This document shows positions 47,101 through 57,608 of a DNA stretch of 64,000 nt, one piece after another (the first letter of the stretch is position 1; each line of letters begins with the position of its first letter). The notes below the pieces were generated by a model that was not told where the DNA came from, searched no databases, and worked only from the letters and a program-made list of their open reading frames with translations. Made by a program: the position numbers and the translations under genes. Source of the DNA: Cyanophora paradoxa CCMP329 (lineage: Eukaryota; Plantae; Glaucophyta); assembly GCA_004431415.1 (NCBI GenBank), contig QPMI01000603.1:1-64000 (forward strand), given 5' to 3'.

Positions 47101-47189
47101 AAGAATTATCCCAGAAATGCAAACATTTAACGCAAACATGTGAAAATCTCCAAAGTCAAATAGATCAAATTAAAAATGTCACAGTATAA
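41188..47189 (+). CDS. Large fibre/adhesin-like virion protein (probably one ~2000-aa gene broken by frameshifts) ending in a peptidase S74-type intramolecular chaperone
   Basis: Abutting ORFs 41188-41685, 41813-42409, 42414-43190, 43130-43948 and 44058-47189; HxHxWxEIxxxP repeats; internal duplications that cross the ORF junctions; C-terminal SDRRYKTDI..LGLIAQDVQKVIPEVV..IEAVKEL. Confidence 0.75.
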
Positions 47190-47192
47190 TAA

Positions 47193-47501
47193 ATGGCGAC
47201 CTATCCACTTGGTGGATCTCCTTCTACTTCTTCTGAGCCTGTCACTCTTGCATTCGATACCATTAAACTTGTAGCCGCACTACAAACTGTCGAAAAAACA
47301 ATTCAGCAAACTAACAAACTGTCCCCAGTTGTTCATGAATATAAAACCCTCTTGGTTAATGTCCTTGCCAAATCAGCATATGGTGACCCTGTTGCTAAAT
47401 ACACTGAGTGTGATAACAATATTAAAGCAATGACATCCAACCTTCAAACACTTTCAGTTGCCTACCAATCCCTTGGATCGAATTTAATCACTTTGGCTTG
47501 A
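47193..47501 (+). CDS. Hypothetical protein
   Basis: ATG 3 bp after the fibre stop, in a co-oriented cluster. Confidence 0.55.
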   Translation: MATYPLGGSPSTSSEPVTLAFDTIKLVAALQTVEKTIQQTNKLSPVVHEYKTLLVNVLAKSAYGDPVAKYTECDNNIKAMTSNLQTLSVAYQSLGSNLITLA

Positions 47502-47540
47502 TTGCAGTTTATTTTTCTTTCCTTCTTAGTAAAAGAAGCA

Positions 47541-48385
47541 ATGGGTGAATATAATCGAGTTCAACTTCCAATATATTCCCTTGGATCCCCTGCAATGCAC
47601 TTTCGCCAGCATGAAGTTAATGATGAGGTTCGTGGTTTAGAATCCACAGAGAGACCCAATTCCAATGGTAACTCCTTTGATAAAAATTCGATTATTCGAG
47701 TTAAAGAGCTGAGAGCTGATAAGAATTCAGGTGTGGTTAAAACAACTCGACTTCTTGTCACAAATGCTAACTTTTTCCAGCCTACAAATGGAGGTCCTGA
47801 TGCTTACAGTGTTGATCTGAAAGCCCTGGATTTCGATAAGAATTCTGCAGCTGTTACTGTGAGATCAGGAGGAGCATTTATTGGGGTGGCTGCAGAGTTT
47901 CAGGTCAACTCTCATCCTCAATTTCGTATAATGATGTCCCAGATACTCTTGAGCAGAATGTTGAAGACCCCCAACGAATTCGATTATATATACCAGTTGC
48001 ACAACAGCCACTTATTCAATTTTACCAAGGTTATACTGTCACACTTGAAAACTCTGAATTGATTGAAGGAACCAAAAGAGTAATGAGAGGGCTGGTCATT
48101 CCTTCTGCAATGCTTTCTTTATGTAGAGCCAACAATAACCAGCCAGGTCACAGATACAATTTCAGTGTTCAAGGATATGATCATTTCGGCACAGGGTTCT
48201 GTGTTTATAATAACAATTTCACCTATGATCTGTTTGTTACAGATATTGGAAAATATACAATTACAGTTATGGGTATCAGAACAGATATAGCTGCTGTCTC
48301 AGCTCTTAGAGGTGTTACTCCTGATACTCTTTCTCAAACAGGGTTTTACATGGAGCCAGATGTGATTGATGAACCCACCCCATAA
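47541..48385 (+). CDS. Hypothetical virion-type protein, paralogue A (frameshifted)
   Basis: ELRADKNSGVVKTTRLLVTNANF..SGGAFIG; ORFs 47502-48062 and 48059-48385. Confidence 0.55.
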
Positions 48386-48407
48386 AAGATATATCCTTTA
48401 ATGTAAA

Positions 48408-49257
48408 ATGGCTGAGCAACCCCACTTGAACGAATTATTACACCACAGCTATCATTAGCTGCCCCAGCAAACCATGTTCTGCAGCATGCTACCTTTGATG
48501 ATGTGGAAGGTCTCCAATCAACAGAGGTCCAACCTACAATGAACACCTTTGGTTCCACCCACAAACTGAGATTACAGGAACTCAGGTGTGATAAAAATAA
48601 TGGAATAGTTAAGACAACTAAGCTACTTGTCACAAATGCAAACTTTTCTGCTCATTATGGAGACCCAGATAGCTATGGAGATCCTCTGTCTACTTATTCT
48701 TTTGAATCTAGGTCGGGAGCTATTAACTGCAAATCGGGGGGAGCTTATATTGGTGATGGTCTTAGGGTTGGTGGGGCTGTTGGAGCGCCTTTATTTGTGA
48801 ATGATCAACCCAATCCCATTGATCCCAATACAAGAATTCGAACCTATGTCCCCAGCATGAATGCCCATACATTATAAAGATATTCCCCATTGTTGTAAAT
48901 GAACAAACAGCAGTAGTAGACTCCCTTGTTGAGATTGGTGACCACTACAAGGTGGTTGTGGATATCCCACCAGATGTTTATGCTCTTTGTCAAGTAGAGG
49001 GTGGAACTCCTAATTTTGCAGTTGTGATCACCCATATGATAATTTTGGTATTGCTTATCATGGAGTCAATTTCGGTTTGGAAGACTATCAGTTTCTGGTT
49101 AGAGCCACCAAGTTTGGTATCTACAAGTGTGTATTATATGCTGAGAGAACCGATTTTATTGCAAGGCAGAATACCTATGCTGAGTATTATGGGACAAATC
49201 GATATTTCCCCATTTTCGGGCAGGATACTGCTCCATAAGAATATTGGTTATATATAG
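48408..49257 (+). CDS. Hypothetical virion-type protein, paralogue B (frameshifted)
   Basis: ELRCDKNNGIVKTTKLLVTNANF..SGGAYIG; ends approximate. Confidence 0.5.
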
Positions 49258-49260
49258 AGT

Positions 49261-49533
49261 ATGGATAGTAAAACAAAAAAGTTTATTGATGCTGCTATGA
49301 CAGTTCATGGTAAAGATAAATTCGATTACAGTGAGACACATTACATCAAAGCTCAAGAGAAAGTATCTGTGAGATGTTTGCAGTGTAATAAAGTGATCCT
49401 TACCTATCCCTTTAATCATGTGAAGGGATCAGGGTGTAGGGACTGTAACAAAAGAAAGAGTCAAGCACACAGGAAAAGAGCTACTTCATCAATCAGAGTA
49501 GAGTATAGGGATATTTGCATTAGGTTTGACTAG
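49261..49533 (+). CDS. Zinc-ribbon protein (DUF723-like, as found in viral endonuclease-associated repeats)
   Basis: FIDAAMTVHGKDKFDYS..Y..KV.V.CxxC..P.NH.KGSGCxxC. Confidence 0.7.
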   Translation: MDSKTKKFIDAAMTVHGKDKFDYSETHYIKAQEKVSVRCLQCNKVILTYPFNHVKGSGCRDCNKRKSQAHRKRATSSIRVEYRDICIRFD

Positions 49534-49556
49534 TTAATTTTTCTAAGGTATTCTTA

Positions 49557-49955
49557 ATGGAGACTAAATACAGAGGCTTTCATGTTATGCTTGATTACAA
49601 GGCTAAATCAGCTATAGCAACAGGTTATGAGCATGTTAGCTTCCTAGGTAATTGGATTATGGGAACCCTTGAACAAGCAGTATTGAGACAAGGCATAAGA
49701 ATTGTTCATAAACACTGTGAGATATTTGATGGGAAACTATCACCTCCTGGATTTGCATTGGTTATGCTGTTAGATGAAAGCCATTGCACAGCTCATTGTT
49801 ATTCCAATGAAGGCATGTTAGCAATTGATATATTCAGTTGTGGTAAAGAAGCTCAGCATAAAACACAAGCAGTTGCAGATGAGATCGATAAAACAATGAA
49901 TTTCTTAACATTTGAGAAGACTGAGAGACATAAACATGATAGATTCCCGTTTTGA
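49557..49955 (+). CDS. speD: S-adenosylmethionine decarboxylase proenzyme (small prokaryotic-type, pyruvoyl-dependent)
   Basis: 132 aa; G.H.MLD, PPGF..MLLDESHCTAHCY (ES cleavage site), AIDIFSCG. Confidence 0.85.
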   Translation: METKYRGFHVMLDYKAKSAIATGYEHVSFLGNWIMGTLEQAVLRQGIRIVHKHCEIFDGKLSPPGFALVMLLDESHCTAHCYSNEGMLAIDIFSCGKEAQHKTQAVADEIDKTMNFLTFEKTERHKHDRFPF

Positions 49956-50189
49956 TGGGTTTCTATAATGATAAACAGGGTAATTTACCTTTTTTATTAC
50001 AATGGCAATCGTTAAAAAAGGATATAATATATCCTTTCCTACAATAGCTTTCTACAATGATTATTGTCCGGATTCCGGTTATTGTTTACAGTAGAAATCT
50101 AAAGTATGATGTAGCCAAAATATGAATGCATCCTACGATTGAATTTGTTACAATTTCGAATACTATTCGATTTCCTTACAATAAAACTC

Positions 50190-51018
50190 AGCATCTCCCC
50201 TTGATTCCCCCTATTATATTATATTTATATTTAAGTGGACTCAAGGTTGACTCATATTAATCGTAAAAGTAGTAATAGTATATGGATTTTGTTACGAATT
50301 CAATGCAAGGGTTGACTAAGTGGGTTGAGTTGACTCAAATTTCACAGGAAATATTTGGGACCTAAAGTTTTCTAAAAAGGATTTCAAAAAATGTGTCAAC
50401 TCCCCCACTTAGTCAACCCTGACCATAAACAGTAAGGATTTGAGCTAACATGTATCACAAAGTGAACATTTTGAGTCCACTTAGAAGATCCACTTTTGAA
50501 ATCCAAGTTGATTTTGCTTGAAATTTCAAAGTTGATCTAAAAGTGAGTCCACCCTGATTGATTATGGTAACAAAGTTGACTAAGTTGACTAAGTTGAGTC
50601 ATCTTAAGAAATTCAAAGAGACTAAGAGTTCAAAATGTTTATGAAAAGTGAGTCAACTTAGACCACTTCTGATAACAAAGTTAAATATTTAATTGATTTA
50701 ATCGGAAAAGAACATGATTTAATCGCATTTATTGATATAATTCCGATTAGATTCATTTAGGATTCAATTAAGATCAATCGAAGTTATTGATATAATTCCG
50801 ATTAACTACAATTAAGATACAATATCGATTAATCGAGTTTATCGATATAACATCGATTAAATTAATTGAAAATGCATATAAAAATATGAAAATTCAGGTG
50901 AAAATTCAAATAAATTAATCGATTTTATTGATATAACATCGAATCACACATATGAATATTCATATTTTAATCCTGAGGCGGAACGCCGAGGGATTAAAAT
51001 ATGAATATTCATATGTGT
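50190..51018 (-). repeat. Right TIR of outer PLV
   Basis: Reverse complement of 12161-12988; terminal hairpin 50946-51018. Confidence 0.95.
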
Positions 51019-51459
51019 CGCGTCGAAGGCGCGCGCGCGCAGCGATAAAAGCTATAAGTCGTATGCATATCTTAACCGCATACGTGCTCGCCCGCAGTCA
51101 GCTCAAGTCTTAGCATCAAACCCCCGATCACCATCATGGGCGGTGCGTGTCTTGCATTTGGCTGACTTCGCATCGACCGTTGCTGATCATGATCATGGCA
51201 TTGTATTAATATTTCGAATCTGGCCTTCGAATCCGTGAAAACAGGCAGTGCGCTCTCCCGCTGTTCTCGATAATGAGTACTTTAAATTTGATCAATCAGC
51301 GCTTACTCACTAACGCAATATTCCCCTCGCGCGCGATCGTTTTTCAAAACAGGGTATGGCACGATGTCGAAGGTTCTCGAAAACGACGCCCAGGCACGTG
51401 TCCATGCGCACAGATTCACGGCCATGCATATGCCTGAACTTCATCTGGTTCGCAGACTG

Positions 51460-51963
51460 TTTACGCCTCGCTTCATTCGGAATCAGAGAAGCCTAGCTAG
51501 CCTAACTTGCCTACGACTATTCTAAAGGGATGCACGGTATAGCGCATCGGGAGTGGCCCTGAAGGTACGGCAGCTGGATGCTGCTTTCCCGAGACCTAAC
51601 GTGGGGATAACACGTCGGCGACCGACCAGGGCGGGTCGCCTTATGCTCTTTCGGCCGCTTCCTTCCGGAGGCGGGTGAAAGCTTACCCCTGCTCCGGACC
51701 GGAGCGGCGGTAAGGCTGAGTAATCCCGTACCCGTGCGGCGGGTACCGGATTCTCGTGGCCGAGGCGGAGGTTTTGGCGTACCCTGAGCAGGGTACGCGT
51801 TCAGCTCGAGCCACGCCTGACGGGGCCTGGCGGGGCGAATGCTGTACCCCGGCGCGGGGTACGCGATTCTACCCGGGCCGGTAAGCGGTCCCGGGTACCG
51901 CCGCCGAGGCGCGGGGTGGCGATTGTGCGTGAAAACATCGCACGAGTGCTGTACCCCTACCAA
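51460..51963. repeat. 504-bp direct repeat, copy 1
   Basis: Near-identical to 52381-52884. Confidence 0.95.
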
Positions 51964-52380
51964 GATTGCCAGGGTATTCTACGGATACTCGTAGCGCGTT
52001 GGAAAAGGATAGAGCCGTCGCATCCACAAACAGCCGATTGTGAAAACGCGGGGAGGAGGGCGGGAGCGATTTCGCTTCGCCGCTGGGTGCCTGGTCAAGC
52101 TGGCAACCAAGGACGAAGTTATGCCGAAGGGCAGCCGAAGGAATGGCCGTACCCCGGCCTTCGTTCGCTTCGGGGCGCGACCGAATCAAATTCTGAGTTC
52201 TCCCCGGAGTCGGTGCAGAACTCGAATTCTGCTATACCGTGCTCGAGGCCCGGACCCGCCGCTTAGGCCGGTCCGGTCGCTCGGTCCTTCTAGCTAAGGT
52301 AGGCAGTTGGCGCTCTGGCTTCTCTTCTATTCATTCCGTCGGCGCAAAACTCGGTTTACGCTTAATTGCGCAAACCCCGA

Positions 52381-52884
52381 TTTACGCCTCGCTTCATTCG
52401 GAATCAGAGAAGCCTAGCTAGCCTAACTTGCCTACGACTATTCTAAAGGGATGCACGGTATAGCGCATCGGGAGTGGCCCTGAAGGTACGGCAGCTGGAT
52501 GCTGCTTTCCCGAGACCTAACGTGGGATAACACGTCGGCGACCGACCAGGGCGGGTCGCCTTATGCTCTTTCGGCCGCTTCCTTCCGGAGGCGGGTGAAA
52601 GCTTACCCCTGCTCCGGACCGGAGCGGCGGTAAGGCTGAGTAATCCCGTACCCGTGCGGCGGGTACCGGATTCTCGTGGCCGAGGCGGAGGTTTTGGCGT
52701 ACCCCTGAGCAGGGTACGCGTTCAGCTCGAGCCACGCCTGACGGGGCCTGGCGGGGCGAATGCTGTACCCCGGCGCGGGGTACGCGATTCTACCCGGGCC
52801 GGTAAGCGGTCCCGGGTACCGCCGCCGAGGCGCGGGGTGGCGATTGTGCGTGAAAACATCGCACGAGTGCTGTACCCCTACCAA
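52381..52884. repeat. 504-bp direct repeat, copy 2
   Basis: Near-identical to 51460-51963. Confidence 0.95.
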
Positions 52885-53069
52885 ACAAGAGTCAGGTCAC
52901 AGCCAGTTGAAAGAGCGTCGGGAAGGTCTCTGAGGGTGCCGCGCAGACCAAGCGGGTTCGAAGAGACAAAAATTGTATTATAAAGAGTCAGGGCTACAAT
53001 GGTGTCACACTCCTAGTGAACATTATGTAGAGGCCGGCCGCGGGTGAGAGAGGCGCCGGCGGCGCCGGC

Positions 53070-54035
53070 TCAGAAGCCGAGGTCGGCCAGGTCAGAGGAC
53101 AGATGAAAGAGGTAGTCCTCAATATATCCTTGGGGCACGGAAGAGTACAGTGCCCAGCGGCCATGCCGTCGGATCCAAGTGGCCGGGAGGCCCCGGCGGG
53201 CCGCGGCCGTCGCGCCACCGCGGCGCAAGCTGTGGCCCGAGAAGTCGGTCGGGTCGTAGCCGATGGCCTCCGCGGCCTCTTTCACGAGGCGGCGGACGAA
53301 ACCAACGGTGATGGCCGCGGCGGGATCGGAGAGGCGGGGGAAGAGGGGGGTCCCGGGCGCCGCCTGCACCGCCGTGCTCGCGACGTACGCGCACAGCAGG
53401 CGGACGGGGCACGAGGCGGGGCATTTGCCCGGGGTGAGGTAAACCACCGCGCCGTGAGCGGTCCTGTCGGTTTTGGAGCGCCGGATGTGGAGGGCGATGC
53501 GGGGGGAAGGGAGGAGTGAGAACTCGAGGTCGTCGACCCGCAGCGCCACCAGCTCCGCTCCCCGGAGGAAGCCCGCGATGCCGGTCGCGAGGACGGTGGC
53601 GTCGCGGAGGCGCCGGGGAGGGGCGCGTGACAGGAACGATGGGGTGGTCAACCACGCGCGCAGGTCGCCGGGCAAGAAGGCGCGGCGTTGCGCTACGGGG
53701 CGGCCCAGGCGGGCCTGCATGCCTCTCCATGCGGTCGAGTACATGAACGAGCGGGGTCTGGTGGGGTCGACGAGGCCGCGAAGTTTGAGTTCGCGCCACA
53801 CGTGGGCGGCGAGGCCTTTAACGGTGCTCGCCGCGAGGTCTTTTCCGGAATGGCGGCGTCGCTGGGTGGCCGCGTCGGCCAGGAAGAGGAGGATGGACCG
53901 TTCTGCGTCCGGCGCGAGGCCGTGGCGCTCGACGAACTCGAAGTAGCGGCGGGCCGCCCACCGTTGGCCCGCTGACGTGCCGGGGGCGAAGGCCGCCCCC
54001 TGCCAGGCCGCGAGCTCCGCCTCCGCGGGTACCCC
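53070..54035 (-). CDS. Tyrosine recombinase (DIRS/Ngaro-type)
   Basis: GFLRGAEL (R), RSKTD (K), CPV, GHSLRRGG (HxxR), HGRW, GYI (Y); the frame stays open upstream of the 53801 GTG to ~54035. Confidence 0.9.
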   Translation of the reverse strand, partial: GVPAEAELAAWQGAAFAPGTSAGQRWAARRYFEFVERHGLAPDAERSILLFLADAATQRRRHSGKDLAASTVKGLAAHVWRELKLRGLVDPTRPRSFMYSTAWRGMQARLGRPVAQRRAFLPGDLRAWLTTPSFLSRAPPRRLRDATVLATGIAGFLRGAELVALRVDDLEFSLLPSPRIALHIRRSKTDRTAHGAVVYLTPGKCPASCPVRLLCAYVASTAVQAAPGTPLFPRLSDPAAAITVGFVRRLVKEAAEAIGYDPTDFSGHSLRRGGATAAARRGLPATWIRRHGRWALYSSVPQGYIEDYLFHLSSDLADLGF

Positions 54036-54814
54036 GGCACTTTTGGCTCACCCACGCATTGCGTCGAAATTTGAGTCATTTTTCGACGCAGTGCTCCGAA
54101 ATTTCACGCAATGCTTGAAAATGCGTCGGGGTTTCAAGCAGCGCTTGAAACCCCACGCAGTGCGACGCAGCTGCCCGAAACTTCGAAGCACCGCGACTGC
54201 GCCAAATTCCCACTGCGTCTGGCTGCGTCGAGCGATGCAGCCTGGCAGCGCTAGCAGGCGTATCCTATAGCTAGTACTAGTAGCTCGTAACCCATGCGGA
54301 TTGCGGATTCAATGATTGCAGCGCGCGCGCTCGGGATCCACTGGGGCAGATCCGAGTGCGCGGGCGGATTGCAGCGCGCGCGCGGCTGTACCAGTACCGC
54401 AGTACTAGTATATACGTATACGTACGTGCATGCTTAGTTTGCTCGCGCTTCTGGGCCGCTGGGCCGCGGCCGGGCCACAGCGGCGACAGGCCCGTGGCCA
54501 GCTATTGTGAATCCGTGGCATGCGCTGTTCATAAAAAGATGATGAACTGGAAGTATACAGGCTGTCCGGGATCCGAAATCTATCCCACGCACCAGCCCTG
54601 AAGCCCGAATCCGAGCGCTAGCTAGTTGCCGAGAAAACGAAAACTAACTGCAATCAGCTGCCGAACAGCGGGTAGTGCTGCTGTCCTGCCTGCAGCATCG
54701 TCCGCCGGCGGCACAGGCAGAATGCGCCCTCGCCGCACTCGCTGCGGCAAGTCACCGCGCTCGCTGCGCTCAGAATAAGCGGACTCCTAGCTTAAAGAGA
54801 GAAGTGGGAAGCAA

Positions 54815-57580
54815 GGGACGTCTGCGCACCGAGGAGAGGGTAGCAGTCCCGCTTCCTCCGCATCCAGCATCCCTTGCCCGTGCCCGACGTCGAAGGCAGA
54901 GCGCTCGCTGCGCACGGAGAGGAATGTCAATCTAATGAAAAGAGAATGCGCGCCGATTAACAGACCGCACCTGCGGCCGAGCGCCCACACCATGGACTGG
55001 AAGAGCGCCTCCTCTGGCCAAAAGGGCGGAGGCGTTGATGGCGCTCGCCGCGCTGCGGCATCACGGTCAGCGCGCGGATCGAACGAAGATAAGCGAGTGG
55101 TGACCGGCAAACGGACCGCTGTGCACCACAGCAGGGTGAGTGAGCAGCAGGCCGGCTCGCGCCGCGTCCGGGCCGGTCCGGCATCCCTCGACCGCGATGC
55201 CGAAGCTGCGTTCGGAGCGTCAACCGAAAGAAGAGAAGAATGCGCGCCGGCAAACGACCGCACCTGCCGCACCTGCGCCCCAGCGGCCGCAAGCACAAGA
55301 ACTCCGAGGCCGCGGCCGTCCAGAAGCCACGCGTCCGAGAACGGCACCCGCTCCGCTGCGCACGCGGCCGGCGTCACAAAAACATCAACGCGAGAGTAGC
55401 GGAAACAAGAGCGAGCACCTGGCCTGCGGGAGAAGACGCTAGGCGAACTGGATGGTGGTGCTCTGCTCGCGCGGGCCAGTCACCCGTTCCCTGGACCGCC
55501 AGCGGAATGAGGGATTGGGGCAAAGGAGATGAAACGAAAAAGCACCTTGCTTCGCATCGGCAGCCGCCTTCTCCTTTTTGCGCGAGCCGACCAAAAGAAG
55601 GAACACTTGGCGGCGGCGGCCGGGCTAAGAATGCAGATCAAGGGCGCTTGAAGAGGCAAGAACGACGCGTACACGAGCGCTCTTCGCCACGAGCGGGCGC
55701 CCGCCGCCCTGGGCAGCGCTCTGCTTTTGAAATCAGGCCGGCGACAGGCGGGGGACGCGAGAGGATGCAAGTAGGCACCTTCGAACGTCGTTCGCGCTCG
55801 AGGCTCGTCAAGTTCGCGGCAGCTGTGCGGACTCCGTTTGACCTGTTTGAAATTGTGGAGTAAGGGAGACCAGGATGCGCTGCGGTGGAGAGCCCAGCGC
55901 CGACGCACCGAGATTGCATTGCGTCCCGTGCTGGAGGCCGCAGCCAGTTCTTGCCCTGCGTGCTCTTCAAAGTGCAAGGCCGGAATTCGGGGTACACAGC
56001 TGTTGGGCGAAAGCGGCAGCGACACCAACAGCGATATCGATCGAGGATGCTTGAGGACGCCCTTCGGCTCAGCTTTCCGAGGAAGCCTGAGCGGTCCCAT
56101 GCTCCTTCGCAGCTCGCTCGGCCGCGGTGCCGAGCACGTTGGCGGAAGCTCGCAGATGCGGCGCGCGGCCCTTTCGTTAGCTATAGCTAGGCGCATGTGG
56201 CCCGTGTTCTCGCAGCTGCATGTCTATGCCCTGGCGTGGCCGTGTTTCCGTGCGGCGCCGCGTTCACGGCCTGCCTTCCTCCCACAAACCGACGACGTGC
56301 GTCTATGCCGTGCCCTCCGCGTTCCACGCGTGACGTACAGCTCACTCGATTTCGCAGGGATCGCCGGCGGTGAGCCCCGTCGGCCCAGTTGGTTGGCCCT
56401 GCGCCCAAGCCGAGCCAAGGTGCGGCTACCGCCTGGACGGGGTGCGGGATCAGACGGGCTGCATCCCGTTTCTCGCTGTTGATCTCTCCTTCGTAGCGGG
56501 CGATGGCGTGCCGGCAAGCTGCTGGGCGGCGATCGCGCCCTGCCGAGCGCGTCGCCATCGCCGGGGGTGGGCCACCGGACCATAGCTTTGCGTCAGCGGC
56601 GCGCGAACGCATGTCTCACGATTCTTGCTTGCGTTCCAGGCGCTGGATCGCGCGCGCCGTCTCCAGGCTCCGAATTCTGGACCCCTCTTCCACAGCTTGG
56701 TGAGGCTCAGGCCTAGACGAGGTGAGTTGAGCGGTCTGTGTGCGTACGCGTCGCTGACAAGGCGCTCCTGTCGCGCAGGATGATCGAGTCCCGGGGCGAT
56801 GGTCGGAGGGAGCGGAGGGCGGCAGCATGGATTGCACGGCGGGGCGTAGGATCGGCGGGCGGCGGCCCGGGGCGCACGCCTCGCGCGCCGCCGGCTGCCC
56901 GCCCGCCCCGGCCCGCCCCGGCGCCGTCGCTTCGCCCGCCCGGCGCCTTCGCCCCGCTCCGCCCCGTCGCTTTCGCCCCGCCCCGCAGAGTCGGTGCGCC
57001 GTGCTGAGCGCCCTGCCCGGCACAGCCCGGCCTGCCTGCTGCTGACGCCCTCGCAGCTCTCGAGGATTTTGAATTTTCGGGGCGTCCCGCTGCCGCGGGA
57101 GAGGATCTTCGAGCGCCCGCCGCCCCCGCCGTCCTCAGGGGACAGCGCCGGGGGTCGCGGAAGCTCAGCAGGCGGCGGCGCGGCTCACCTGGCGGGGCGG
57201 AGGCGCGGCGGGCGGCGGCACGGCTCGCCGGGAGGGGCGGCGGCGCGGCGGGCGGCGCGCAGCTCGCCGGCGGGGCGAGGGTGCGGCGGGCGGCGGCGAA
57301 GCTCGGCGGGCGGGCGCGGGAGCGGCGGGCGGCGGCGCGGCTCGCCAGGCGGGGCGGAGGCGCGGCGGGCGGCGCCGCGGCTCGCGGGGCGGGGCGGAGG
57401 CGCAGCGTGCTGCGGCCCGGCTCGCCGCACGGGTGGAGGCGCGGCTGGCGGCGGCGAGGCTCGCCAGGGGGGCGGAGGCGCAGCAGGCGGACAGGACGGC
57501 AGGCGCGGCGGGCGGCGGCGTGGCTCGCGGGGCGCCGCGGTGGCGCGACGCGGCTTCGATTCGTGATCACTGATCATGAG
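54815..57580 (+). repeat. Left arm of large inverted repeat
   Basis: Long stretches are the reverse complement of ~60945-64000; identical shadow ORFs occur on opposite strands (e.g. 55480-56196 vs 62779-63540). Confidence 0.9.
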
Positions 57581-57608
57581 CGTGATGATCTCTTGTCATT
57601 CAATTTAA

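Larger units (their letters stand above)
12161..51018. mobile_element. Endogenous Polinton-like virus (outer element, ~26.8 kb without the nested insert)
   Basis: Abrupt GC-to-AT shift; ~830-bp TIRs; 6-bp TSD CGCGTC at 12155-12160 and 51019-51024; integrase, pPolB, ATPase, MCP and mCP genes. Confidence 0.96.
51460..54040 (-). mobile_element. 3' part of a tyrosine-recombinase retrotransposon (Ngaro/PAT-type split direct repeats), 5'-truncated
   Basis: YR ORF followed by a 504-bp repeat, a 417-bp unique spacer and a second 504-bp repeat (B1-A2-B2 layout); no RT/RNase H seen. Confidence 0.75.

Noticed and set aside
15269-49257. Programmed ribosomal frameshifting to explain split viral genes
   Set aside because: The breaks are numerous and scattered, and similar 1-bp indels occur between satellite units; sequencing error or decay is more parsimonious.
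12161-51018. Bacterial/phage contaminant or chimeric contig
   Set aside because: Matching TSDs and TIRs at both host junctions and a Polinton-type gene set indicate true integration.
54356-57570. ORFs in the inverted-repeat arms as a transposase
   Set aside because: No DDE or other motif was recognised, and frames differ between the two arms.
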